Assembly (NCBI RefSeq): GCF_009914755.1 | Contig: NC_060947.1 | Length of the DNA: 64,000 nt | DNA from: the human T2T-CHM13v2.0 reference genome, Homo sapiens | Strand: one strand, 5' to 3' | Shown: in pieces, positions 14,554-26,393 of the stretch | Numbering within the stretch: position 1 is the first letter of the stretch | How the letters are laid out: every line of letters begins with the position of its first letter | Position numbers and translations under genes: made by a program | The notes under the pieces: generated by a model | The model's database searches: none | Seen by the model: the letters and a program-made list of their open reading frames with translations, nothing else | Told to the model about the DNA's origin: nothing

Positions 14554-15022
14554 TGTAGTATGCTAAATAATGGCTCCCAAAGATATCCACCCCCTAATCC
14601 CCAGAACCTGTGAATATGTTCCCTTATATGGCAAAAGGGACATTGCAGACAAAATTAAATTAAGGATCTAGAGATGGGAAGATTGTCCTGATTATCCAGA
14701 TGGGCCCATTATACCACAAGGGCTCTTATAAGTGGGAGGCAGTGGGAGATTTGACTGCAGAAGAAAAGGCAATTTGACAACAGAAGCAGAGATTGGAGTG
14801 ATGTGGCCACAAGCCAAAGAATACTGGGAACCACCAGCAGCTGGAAGAAGCAAGGAACAATTCTCCATAGGACCTCCAGAAGGAGCCTGCCCTGCCAACA
14901 CTCTGAATTTAGCCCTGTAAGGCTCATTTCTGACTTCTGGTCTCCAGAGTTGTAAGAGAATACATTTTTCTTGTTTTAAGCCACTAAGCTTGGGGTAATT
15001 TGTTACAGTAGCAACTAATACA
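14554..15022 (+). mobile_element. MLT1C/D-like LTR
   Basis: TGTAGTATGCTAAATAATGGCTCCCAAAGATATCC...ACTAATACA; TSD TACCC/TACTC. Confidence 0.88.
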
Positions 15023-15024
15023 TA

Positions 15025-15480
15025 CTCCCTGATAGGAAGTGATGAGAAGGGTGCCTTACCTCTTATGGTTTTTCTCCCCCAAATTTATATCCCTAGTCAA
15101 GTCATGAAAATATACCAGGCAAACCCCAATGAAGGGACATTCTACAAAATACCTGACCAATATTCTTCAAAAATATCAAGGTCAGGAAAAACAGGAAAGT
15201 CTGAGAAACTGTCGCAGCTAGGAGGAGCTAAGGAATCATGTTGATTACATGCAATATAGTATCTTGGATTGGACCCTGGAACAGAAAATGACAGTAATGG
15301 AAAGACTGGTGAAGTTTGAATAAAATATGTAGTTTAGATAATAGTGTTATATCAATGCTAATTTCTTCATTTTGTAACATTTTAATAATAGAGGAAGCTA
15401 CGTGAGGGGCATACAGGAACTCTTTGTACCGTCTTTGTGACTTTTCCATAAACTGAAAGACATTTCAAAATCTAACATTT
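15025..15480 (+). mobile_element. L1M (MC/ME) 3' fragment
   Basis: AAGGGACATTCTACAAAATACCTGACCA...GGAACTCTTTGTAC...AACTGAAA. Confidence 0.75.
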
Positions 15481-16141
15481 AAAGAGGAATCCATGCCAGC
15501 AACATGTTTTCTTTTCAGACATCTGTTATTAGAGATGGAAATAATATAGGAATGTATTTCAGGGAGTCTAGGACTGTGCTGATCGAACCCTCTCAGGGGA
15601 GAGGAAGAAAAGGCTAGAAACAGATGGCTGAGGGTAGAGAAACAGTACCACTCTCATTTGCCTTCCATGCTCCTGGTGGTGCTAATGCATCAAGTTGTCC
15701 TGGGGCATAGGCAAGGGGAAAATGTTCCTGTACTTTATGAATGGAGAATCCATAGCACAGAACAGTTCAGTAACAAATAATGTTCATTGAATTTATTTTA
15801 CTTGTCCAAGTTCACTGAGCAGATGCAGAAATGAAATATAAACGGTCTAATTTCCAGGTATATGGTGGCTGAGCAAGAAAGTTCAGTTCATTTACAATAT
15901 TTTAAAAATACATATTTTGATCCAGATAAGAAACTTTGGTGTTGCAGAATGACAAATGAATTTCAGTGTGCACAACCTTTCTAGATTTGACCATACTTTC
16001 CTTCCCTCACACCCTGTATGACCACTCCAGGTTTAACTCAGGTTTATAGCACTTGCCTTTTCTGGTCTTCCTCTTCTGTTTTCTTTTGTCTTTGGGGTGG
16101 TTTTCTTTTCTTCCTCTTCTCCATCCATTCTACTTACCAGG

Positions 16142-16677
16142 TGTTACCTGTGGGTGCATAACAAATTACCATAAAACAATGGGTTAAAACAACAAACATT
16201 TATTAACTCATGGTCTCTGTGGATCAGGAATTTAACAGTGGCTTGGCTGGGTGATTCTGGCTCAGGGTCTTTCATGAAGCTGCAGTCAGAGAGTCAGCTG
16301 GGGCTGCAGTTATGTGAAGGCTTGACTGGGGATGGATGATCCATTTCCAAAATGACTGACTCACATAGCTCTGGACAGGAGGTTTCAGTTCCTCCCCATG
16401 TGGATCTGTCCATAAGGTCACTTGAGTATCCTCATGACATGGCTGCTGATTTCCTTCAGAGCAAGTGATCCAAGGAGAGAGTGCAAAGAGGAAGCTGCAA
16501 TGTCCCTTATCATCTAGTCTTGGAAGTTACACACTATTCCTGCTGTGTCATTCTATTTGTTAGAAGCAAGTCACTAAGTAAAGCTCACACTTAAGGGGTG
16601 GAGGTGGGGGTTAAATTAATCTACATCTCTTGAAGCAAAGAGTACTGAGAACTGGCGAATATATTTTAACCACCACA
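16142..16677 (-). mobile_element. MLT1E/F-like LTR
   Basis: ATAACAAATTACC...CTGTGGATCAGGAATT...TTTTAACCACCACA. Confidence 0.85.
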
Positions 16678-17750
16678 CCAGGTGTTCTCCTAGCCTCAGA
16701 TGTGTCTGAGAATTTCGTCTTCCTCTTTAGGCTTTCTCTTGGCATCTACATTTACTTCTGCAGTTTCATGTGACTCAAAATGAAACCCAATTCATTTTTT
16801 CCTTCCAGAAGACTCCTCTCATCTTTCTTCTAAGTTTTTAAGCCCCATAAAAAGTCACAGAATGTTGAGAAAAGAAAAGGGAACTTGAAACGATCCCAGC
16901 ATTACAGGATCTGGATAGAGTCATCTGCCTCTTTTGTTCCTGCTGCAGTACTAAAATTTGACATCTCTGATTCTTCTCAAGCAAGAGTTGCTGCAGTCTT
17001 TTGAGCAGCTTCTCCGTGGTGCTGTCACAAATCTAATATTGAAATCACGCTTAGTCTTCACTGACTTTTACCACATAATCTTCTTCTCAAAGCCTAACTT
17101 CACTTGATTCTCTGTGATTCTTTTACTGTACATTTAAACTATTTGGCATTCAGGGTTCTAGTTCTCAACCAGTCCTCTTAATTATTTACTTCTATGCTTT
17201 CAGACTTCACCTCTCATTTTCCATTGGCTTTCTTACATTCCCTTGTTCATCTAGCAAACTCAATATGCCTGAAGCCAAATTCAGCCTTTCCCTCCAGAAG
17301 CTTCCCTTTTGACCTTGCTCATAGCCAGTGGGAAGAGGCTTTGTCTCCACACTCTGTGGTCCCATTGAATCTACCTGTTCTCCTAAATTCTATCAAGTCA
17401 CTGTTGCCCACCTCATGTTAGAGCCCCACAGAAAATCCAGTCTTTTGGAAAGATGAAAAAGGTGACTCTATTGACTGAAATAGAAACAGAAGTGACAACC
17501 CTGTCCCAACACATAAGAAAAGATGCTGAGTCATACTCCAATTCTATTCAGAAATTGGACTCCCTGGGGACAGAGATTTTATATTACATTTGTTCCATGT
17601 CATGTTCACATGTCAGAGGCATCTCATGTTCACCAGTAAATAAAAAGCTAAGCAAATGTCTGAATACGTTTGGTGTTTGGTGTTCCGGCTCTGCCGGAAG
17701 GTGACACATAATGGTAGGGATGGAAAGAGTCATTATAGTTAATTAGTTGA

Positions 17751-18081
<331 letters not shown>

Positions 18082-18887
18082 CGAATTAGCTTTTTAAAGC
18101 ATCCTTGATCCCCGAAAATATTAGATGTCAAACCTCAACGCACCTTTACTCCTAAAATACCATTAGAAGAATCTATAGTGCTGTGGAACACATAATGCTA
18201 ACACCAGCTATGAGAAATCAATATCTATCAGCATCCCCTTAACTTACATTGGAAGAAACACTAACCACCCAATTAGATTTAAGTAGTGAGGCTGACTCAG
18301 CACACAGGGGTGTCTAAAGAAATAAAGGGAAACAACATCCAGAAGTTCTCTTTGTGAACCAAAAATATGCCTTTTAGACCAAACTTCTTAGCAAGAATAC
18401 AAGATCCATCACAATCTCACCCAAACCTGCTTCTAGCTGCATTTCACGCTGTTCTTTTTCCACCCCTGTCTTCCAATCTGGGTGACCCTCTGGATTTATA
18501 GATGTCCCTCTGCTCAATGTCATGCTCTTTCCTTTATGCCTTGATCCTAGGCACATATGATTTTCTTCATTCAAAAGACCTTGTCAACACTTAACCTTTA
18601 AAGATATCGTCTTTTCTGGAGAAAAGGTAGTTGCTTCACTCCAGAGAGGGGTTGGGGTCTAAAGAGCTGTGAGAGTACACATCTTCATGCTATTTTTCTC
18701 AGCCTCTTGCTCAGTGCCTGGCAACTGGTAGATGTTTGATAAATTTTTTTCAAGTAAATAAAGGAGTTGCTAATTCACTCGTATGAGTGCTTGCCTATTG
18801 ATCTGAGGTCAATCACTCTTCTGAACTCATTGGGCTTTTCCAAAGTAAGCCTTTCCCCCTCAATCTAATAATGATAATAATAATAAG

Positions 18888-19085
18888 TGCTAATATTAAT
18901 TGAGCACTTACTATGTGCCAAATACTATGCAATCTTAACATGAATCATTTCATCTAACTTCATAAGTTCTCCTCACCCTGCAGATGAGGAACCTGAAGCT
19001 TAAGACACTAAGTAACTTGCCATAATTATAAATGAGGGAGCCAGGATTGAAGCAGAGCCTGTGTACTGTATCATTAAGCTATATT
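18888..19085 (-). mobile_element. MIR
   Basis: TTGAGCACTTACTATGTGCCA...CAGATGAGGAACCTGAAGCTTA...AAGTAACTTGCC. Confidence 0.85.
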
Positions 19086-19389
19086 GCTGGCAACTAATCA
19101 ACACCACTGGGCTCATGGCTATTGGCTGGTTACTGGTGCTACTGATCTCTGCCGAGAAGCTCTTCCACCTCTAGCCATGCAGCATCAGTCTCCCTCCTGC
19201 TGGCAGAGAGGGGCGCTGAGCCTTTCATATTTACATAGAAAGCATGGCAGCAGCCTCAGTGTTGGAACCTGCCACTGGAAATGTCCATAACAACACAGTT
19301 GGGGGCTTTCTTTGTGGGCCCTGGCATGGTAAGTGCAAGTTTTGTTATTCCTTATGGGTTCTGAAAAATGAGACTTCACCTGTTAGTGA

Positions 19390-19436
19390 CTGGCTTCACG
19401 TCATGTACCTGGAGGAGCTGGCTTCACATACGTCAT
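19390..19436 (-). promoter_or_regulatory. Distal pair of CRE-like sites (TGACGTG and TGACGTA on the minus strand)
   Basis: CACGTCA at 19397-19403 and TACGTCA at 19429-19435, about 1 kb upstream of the proximal CRE. Confidence 0.55.
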
Positions 19437-20384
19437 AAAGATGCACTCTAATAATGTATTTAGAAGTTGTTGGCTAAAGGTCTAAGCCTGATTCTAATAG
19501 CACTTCCTCAATTAAGCTTTTTCTAGCACTCCTTCAACGATAACTTACTTCTTTTACCACCCACTCAATTCCTCAGTATTGTATCTATCACGCTTTTATA
19601 GTTCTTTATTTTCCACACAGGGCTATAAAGAGGATATTTGCTATAAAACATGGCAAACATTCAATTAAAAATGCAAATAGCTGCATCAAAATGCCGATTC
19701 ATAAAATTTTTAGATCAGATGAGAAAAGACCCATTTTTCTGGAAAAGACTATTGATCATTGAGAGTTAAGAATACAGCTGGTTCCCAATTTAATTTCTCC
19801 CTGGTAAACAGAATAGGAATGGCTTGGCAAATCTACAGGAAAGAACATGTGTGCATTGTGCTTCTGGCTTTTCCAGATGTCAGTTGCTGAAGGTTTAAGG
19901 TGTGAGTCTGTGCATGTGTTTCTGAGGATCAGTCCCTGTTCAAAGAGGCAGTGGGAAGACTGAGTGGGATAACTCACACATGGACACCCTGTGCATCAGT
20001 GTGCGTTTAATTCAAAGACAGACCTCATTTGATAGCAATATTGACATGTCATTCTAATGAATTAGAAAAAATGAGAAAATGGGATGTAAATCCCCATCTG
20101 GATTCATGGGGATAGTATCAGAAAGATTTTCAGTGCCTTTGCAGAATGCTAGCAACATTTATTAAATACCTACCCTAGGTGCTATGTGCTTACATGAGAA
20201 GCCAAAGGTATCTGTTAAGCTAGGTAGGAACTGCAGTCGGCTGGTTGCTTCTCATCTGGAGAAAGCAGGCAACTGGGCAGTGATTGAAGTGTCCAGCAGG
20301 GGGCTGGCATTCTCTGTCTATAAGTAACACTGGTTCCTCTTCAGAGCCTCAGCTCAGCGGAGCTGCCGTTTGCTGGTGAAGCCC

Positions 20385-20455
20385 GTGACGTGCAAAGCAT
20401 CCTGCCTATAGGATTTGAGGATTTCTCAGTGCAGTTTTTTTCTACCCACTTTAAA
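20385..20455 (+). promoter_or_regulatory. GRPR: GRPR proximal promoter: CRE-like GTGACGTG (20385-20392) and TATA-like TTTAAA (20450-20455)
   Basis: Motifs seen directly about 400-470 nt upstream of the ATG. Consistent with my recollection that GRPR uses a TTTAAA element and a proximal CRE; the TSS cannot be read from sequence. Confidence 0.7.
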
Positions 20456-20856
20456 CCTCCAGATTCTAAATATCAGGAAAGACGCTGTGGGAAAATAGCA
20501 GGCCAAAAGTTCTTAGTAAACTGCAGCCAGGGAGACTCAGACTAGAATGGAGGTAGAAAGAACTGATGCAGAGTGGGTTTAATTCTAAGCCTTTTTGTGG
20601 CTAAGTTTTGTTGTTGTTAACTTATTGAATTTAGAGTTGTATTGCACTGGTCATGTGAAAGCCAGAGCAGCACCAGTGTCAAAATAGTGACAGAGAGTTT
20701 TGAATACCATAGTTAGTATATATGTACTCAGAGTATTTTTATTAAAGAAGGCAAAGAGCCCGGCATAGATCTTATCTTCATCTTCACTCGGTTGCAAAAT
20801 CAATAGTTAAGAAATAGCATCTAAGGGAACTTTTAGGTGGGAAAAAAAATCTAGAG

Positions 20857-21269
20857 ATGGCTCTAAATGACTGTTTCCTTCTGAACTTGGAGGTGGACCA
20901 TTTCATGCACTGCAACATCTCCAGTCACAGTGCGGATCTCCCCGTGAACGATGACTGGTCCCACCCGGGGATCCTCTATGTCATCCCTGCAGTTTATGGG
21001 GTTATCATTCTGATAGGCCTCATTGGCAACATCACTTTGATCAAGATCTTCTGTACAGTCAAGTCCATGCGAAACGTTCCAAACCTGTTCATTTCCAGTC
21101 TGGCTTTGGGAGACCTGCTCCTCCTAATAACGTGTGCTCCAGTGGATGCCAGCAGGTACCTGGCTGACAGATGGCTATTTGGCAGGATTGGCTGCAAACT
21201 GATCCCCTTTATACAGCTTACCTCTGTTGGGGTGTCTGTCTTCACACTCACGGCGCTCTCGGCAGACAG
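20857..21269 (+). CDS. GRPR: Gastrin-releasing peptide receptor, coding exon 1 (N-terminus, TM1-TM3)
   Basis: ATG at 20857 in GAGATGG context. Translation [29 protein letters not shown]...GNITLIKIF...LALGDLLLL...LTALSADR matches the GRPR N-terminus and class A GPCR motifs. Donor AG|GTAAGT at 21269/21270; 413 nt, phase 2, splitting the Arg of DRY. Confidence 0.99.
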
Positions 21270-23359
21270 GTAAGTACAGGCTGAAAGTTACATGCTCTCC
21301 AAGGGTGATAGACGCCTGGGTAAATGAACTACCATGTCGGGACAGGGAGCTGATTGCACAAGGGAAGTTTTACTCAAACACGGATTCCCTTCCAGGCAGG
21401 TTTTTATTCTGGGTATGACTTCTTGAGTGTAACATATTGGTTTAAGAAAGAAAAGTGAATGATGGGGACAGAAGGAGACAGATGAGAAAAAAAAAATCTC
21501 TAAGCAGAAAACTGAGGTGCCTTTTTCTGGAGACATATCTATTTAGCATTGCCTTTTCCTAACTTCTCCCTCCTTGCAAAATTAATTGACCAGTGAGAAA
21601 GACAATCACACCCAATAGAGTTTAAACCTCAGGCAAATGTTTTTTAGGAGCAATTGAAACCCCTCAGAGAACAGGAAAGTTCCACTGGATTTCTTCAAAA
21701 CGTTCTTTCAGAAATAACCAAGAGGAGAAAATAAGCCTCATTTCTCTGAAATTCATTTTCCTCAGACAGTTTAACTTTTCTCACAGCTGATTTTGAATTT
21801 GACTCTCTGTGATAGAACAATTGTATGCCGGTTTTCCTAAGTCTCTCTTAAATGAAATCAAACATTATTTGAGTTTTTAAAATTTTCTGGAGAAAGCTCT
21901 ATTCAAGGTTGATTTCTAATTTTAATATCTTTATTGACAATACTTCATATACCATGCTTTTGGGGCTTATTGTGGGGAGGAAGAGGGAGTTCACTACAGT
22001 TTTTTATTCTGGGAAATATACATATTTGCAAACTGCATTTCTTGTGTGAGCACATTGCATAAAAGTTTACGTTTATTCAGTCTTAAAACTATATATTCAT
22101 TCTTTGAACATTTATCAAGTGTCTAGCATGTAAGAAACACTTACCTGAATTAGCAAGTCAAGAAATAGCTGCAGGTTGTTCACATAAATTACTGAACATA
22201 CTTTATGTACTTCTGTGTTCTGGAAATTGGACATAGTAATGAATAGACTTTCAGACACAGCATAGACCATATGGTCAAACCCAGAAAAACTGCTGCAATG
22301 AACCTAGACTATAAATTTTTCACTTATAATCAACTGTATGTTATGTGTTAAAGATACAGAAGGATTTGAGAGTGTTCTGGAAAAGACATAGATGCTGCTC
22401 TTGAAAGTTTATACTCCGAAGAAAATGTCCCACATTTTAATACATGTGGTGCTGGATTCTCATTTTGTAGAGGAACAAACAGTCCTCAGGTGATCTGGCT
22501 TTGTTGAGTAATGGACAAATAAAGATAGTGTTATCAGTATTTATAGACATGTGTTTATGCTTAGCTACCTGAAGCACACTGCCCAGCACACGACATTTTC
22601 AAAGTCTGAAAAGTAATAGCACAGAAGTAAGGTTTGCACATTGTACCGACTGGACAGAGTTTCTCCATTCCCTCCATTCCCCTTCGGCTTGCACATCCTC
22701 CCCTGCACATCTGCCCACAGATACCAATGACCACAGACAGTTTCATGTATTGATTCAGGGCTGGCAAACTCTGGAGCTGGCAGAAGGGCTGTGGCTTGTT
22801 ACCAATGGCCGAGGGCTCTTCAGGATGAGGGTAATTTTCTTAATGGGAAGGAGAGATTTTGGTTTCCGGGTTGGTGAGTGCAGTGGTACAGATGGTGTTT
22901 ACTCTCTTCTTAGGGAGAAAAACAGAAAGGAAAGTGAGGGCATGAACTGTAAAGATGCAGCTGCAGGGAACTCTTCTCTGGAGTTTCAAAGCAGACCAAG
23001 TTCACCATCAACAGAAAGGGAAAGCTCTTTCAAAAGCCAGGTTGCACTCCTTCGCGGCTCCAGTGTGTTCCCAGTAAGTTTATAGTTACTGCCTGTCCTT
23101 GCCAAGTTCAGAAATTACTAGAAGCTCCCATATAGCTAACTTTTTGTGTTTTGCTAAGTCTTTAAAAAGCTGATGGATCACCTGAATCACAGGTAGTGCA
23201 TCTAACCAATTCCAATAGAAAGAATAGGTATTGAGCTAAATGATTAAGACTGTACTTTTTTTCTATTCATCTCATTTTTGAAAACAATGGGATTCTTCTA
23301 TCTTATATCTCTGAGGTTGGCAGGGCAAATATATATTCTATATTATTTTTTCTTCTCAA

Positions 23360-23890
23360 CAAGGTGTAATCCATATACACAGTAAACTGAACAAGTAACA
23401 GCTCAATATATTTTTACATATGTCTATAGAACTGCATAACCAGATGGAGATATAGAACAGTTCCAGCATCCCCCAGAGTTTCTCTTATGCCCTTTCCTAG
23501 TTAATACCCCCATACAGAGGCAATCACTATTCTGATTCCAATCACCATAGGTTATTTTTGCCAGTTCTTTAATCTCATATAAATGGAATCATATAGCAAG
23601 TACTCCTTTGTATCTATCTTCTTATGCTTATCATTATCTCTGTGATATTCACCTGTATTAATACGTGTAACAGTGTGGTTTGTTCTTTTTAATTGTGTGT
23701 GGTGTTCCATTGTATGAATACACTTTGGTTTATTTATTCCTTCTAATACCGATGGACACTGGGTTGTTTTTAGTTTGGGGATGATGATAACCTGCTCTGG
23801 ACATTCTTATTCATGTCTTTGGGGAAACATAAGTGTTTATTTTTCTTGGATATATGTCTGCGAGTGAAATTGCTGGGTTATAGGGGCCTA
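23360..23890 (-). mobile_element. L1M 3' fragment
   Basis: ATAAATGGAATCATATAG...TTCCATTGTATGAATA...GATGGACACTGGGTTG...AATTGCTGGGT. Confidence 0.8.
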
Positions 23891-25104
23891 TATTTACTAA
23901 ATATTGTCAGTTTTCAAGGTGGTAGTCTGTATTAGGTAGATTGGTGAAAAAGTGAATGAACTAGAAGACCCTCCAAACCAGATGATCACCAGAGTCACAG
24001 GGGAGCTTTAAAAACATACAGATTCCTAGGCCCTGTCCTAAATCTACTGAATTCAGGGTTCTGAGGCATGAGTGGGGCACATAGTGATAACCATCCATCC
24101 CTGCCCCCTATACATTGCCCAGCATTGCCAGTCCTCATTCCAGCTTCCCTTCTGCAGTTCCCCCCTTCACCGGGTGAATTCGAGTCTTTGTCAATATGAA
24201 AAGAATATCAAGTTTCTAGAAAAGTTTACACTGGCATCACCGGGTAAAAGGGAGACTTCAAGGCAGTCCCAGAAACCAGAATTCTGGGGATTTGCACAGC
24301 TGAGCAGTTGTAGGTTTGCATTCAACCACCTTCAATATTGATCCCCATCCTCCCTCTCCTCCCATGCTTTCTGTCCTTACACACACACTGATATCCTCAT
24401 ACACAGTGGTTGCACTGATGTGTTCCTGGCTCTGTTTCCTGGCTTATGCTGTGTCCCACCCGCTCTCCAGAATGCTTTCTCCTTTCCTAAATACAGACTG
24501 TATTCCTCATCCCATGTGGCATTTGGGCTTGGAATGGGTATCAACAAACCTGCATTTTAGACATTTTCCTGCCATTACTACCCGTATGAGAAAGTGGGAC
24601 TAAGTCACTTAACTCTCTGACCTTAGTTTAATCATCTATAAAATGATGGAGTCGAGCTAGGCAATGTCTATGGTCCCTTCAAGTTCTAAAATCTTGTGAT
24701 TGTTTTTTCTATCTTCTTGTCTATCATTCAGAATCTGATTCAAATCTCCTCCTTAAAGCCCTAAGTTGAGCCATTCTAGCTCAAATTTCCTGACCCTCTT
24801 GAAATATCAGACTTATTATCTGAGACATGAATTATCTTGTGACACCTTTTATATTGCTGTTTGGAAGTGTTTTGTTTGTCTGTTTATTTTAGCCTCTCAT
24901 ATATTCATTGCTTTACATTTTTTAGGTAGATTATTAAGAATGTTGAAGGCAGAGATTTTCAATATATTCTTAAATCTTCCATAGTGCCCCTCAAGTTTTC
25001 TTGTGCCAAATGGGTGATCAATAAATATTGACTAATTAAAATTACGTTTAGTTAATGCATACAATTTTCCTCATTCTTATTCTTCATTCTATTTTGAGGA
25101 TTAA

Positions 25105-25468
<364 letters not shown>

Positions 25469-25554
25469 TCATCTGTTCTCTATTAAGCTCTCATTATCTG
25501 GGTAAATGAAAGAAAAACTATTTTTTGTGGGTCAGTAAGTAGATTCAGGGGATA

Positions 25555-25720
25555 AATAGATGGGTGGATGGATGGATAGATGGCTGGCTAGCTGATTGGG
25601 TGGGTTACATGTATGAGTGGACAGATGGATGGATAGATGGCTGGCTGGCTGATTGGGTGGGTTACATGTATGAGTGGACAGATGGGTGGATAGATGGATG
25701 AATGGTTGGATAGATGGAGA
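25555..25720. repeat. (TGGA)n-derived tandem repeat with 57-bp period
   Basis: GTTACATGTATGAGTGGACAGATGG recurs at 25604 and 25661. Confidence 0.92.
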
Positions 25721-26192
25721 TATTTTTTACATACTGGTCCTTCCTATTAGATGTCCACCTTTGTGCTAGGTGCCTCATTATTATGTAAATGAAATTTGAG
25801 ACCTGAATTGGACCCTCAACAGAAAAAGGGTGAGCGTGGTTTGTGTTTTCTTTTCCAGTAAGTGTAAGGTTTAAAGCTGAATTTAATGTTGACAATATAT
25901 GTAATGCCCAAGTTATATCAAGCCTGCTTCAGTGCCATTATTCAGTGTTATTTTTACTAGAATGGGGCTGGCAGAATGGATTCTAAGGACAGATGGATAT
26001 GGCGGTTCCACTGTAACATGATTCTTCTTTGATTCTATGGAAAGACTGGTTATAAGTTTCTTTGTTATTTGGAATGTGGAAAGAAACAGGAAGGTGTTAT
26101 ATTTCTGCAAACTTCTTGAAGTACAGATTCTTTGAATTTTCTGCAAGGAATGTATGTGATAACATGGTTTGTAGCTTTCCCGACATCTAGAG

Positions 26193-26393
26193 TTGTATGG
26201 TCTAACTTGGTAGCCACTAACCACATGTGGCTATTTAAATTTGCATTTAATTTAAATGAAATGGAAAATTTCATTTCCTCATCACACCAGCCACACATCA
26301 AGTGCTCAGTAGCCACATGTGGCTAGTGGCTACTCTATTGGGCAGTGGAGACAGAGAACACTTCAGTCATTGCAGAGGGCTCTATTGGACAGT
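26193..26393 (-). mobile_element. MER3-like hAT-Charlie MITE
   Basis: GGTAGCCACTAACCACATGTGGCTATTTAAATT...TAGCCACATGTGGCTAGTGGCTAC...CTATTGGACAG. Confidence 0.88.

Noticed and set aside
17453-17704. ATG-initiated 83-aa ORF with a coiled-coil-like N-terminal half
   Set aside because: No family recognised and no processed-pseudogene hallmarks; length is within chance expectation.
21270-21273. 138-aa 3-TM product from intron 1 read-through (AGG TAA)
   Set aside because: The stop is just the TAA inside the consensus donor GTAAGT; the donor is strong and I saw no nearby supporting poly(A) architecture.
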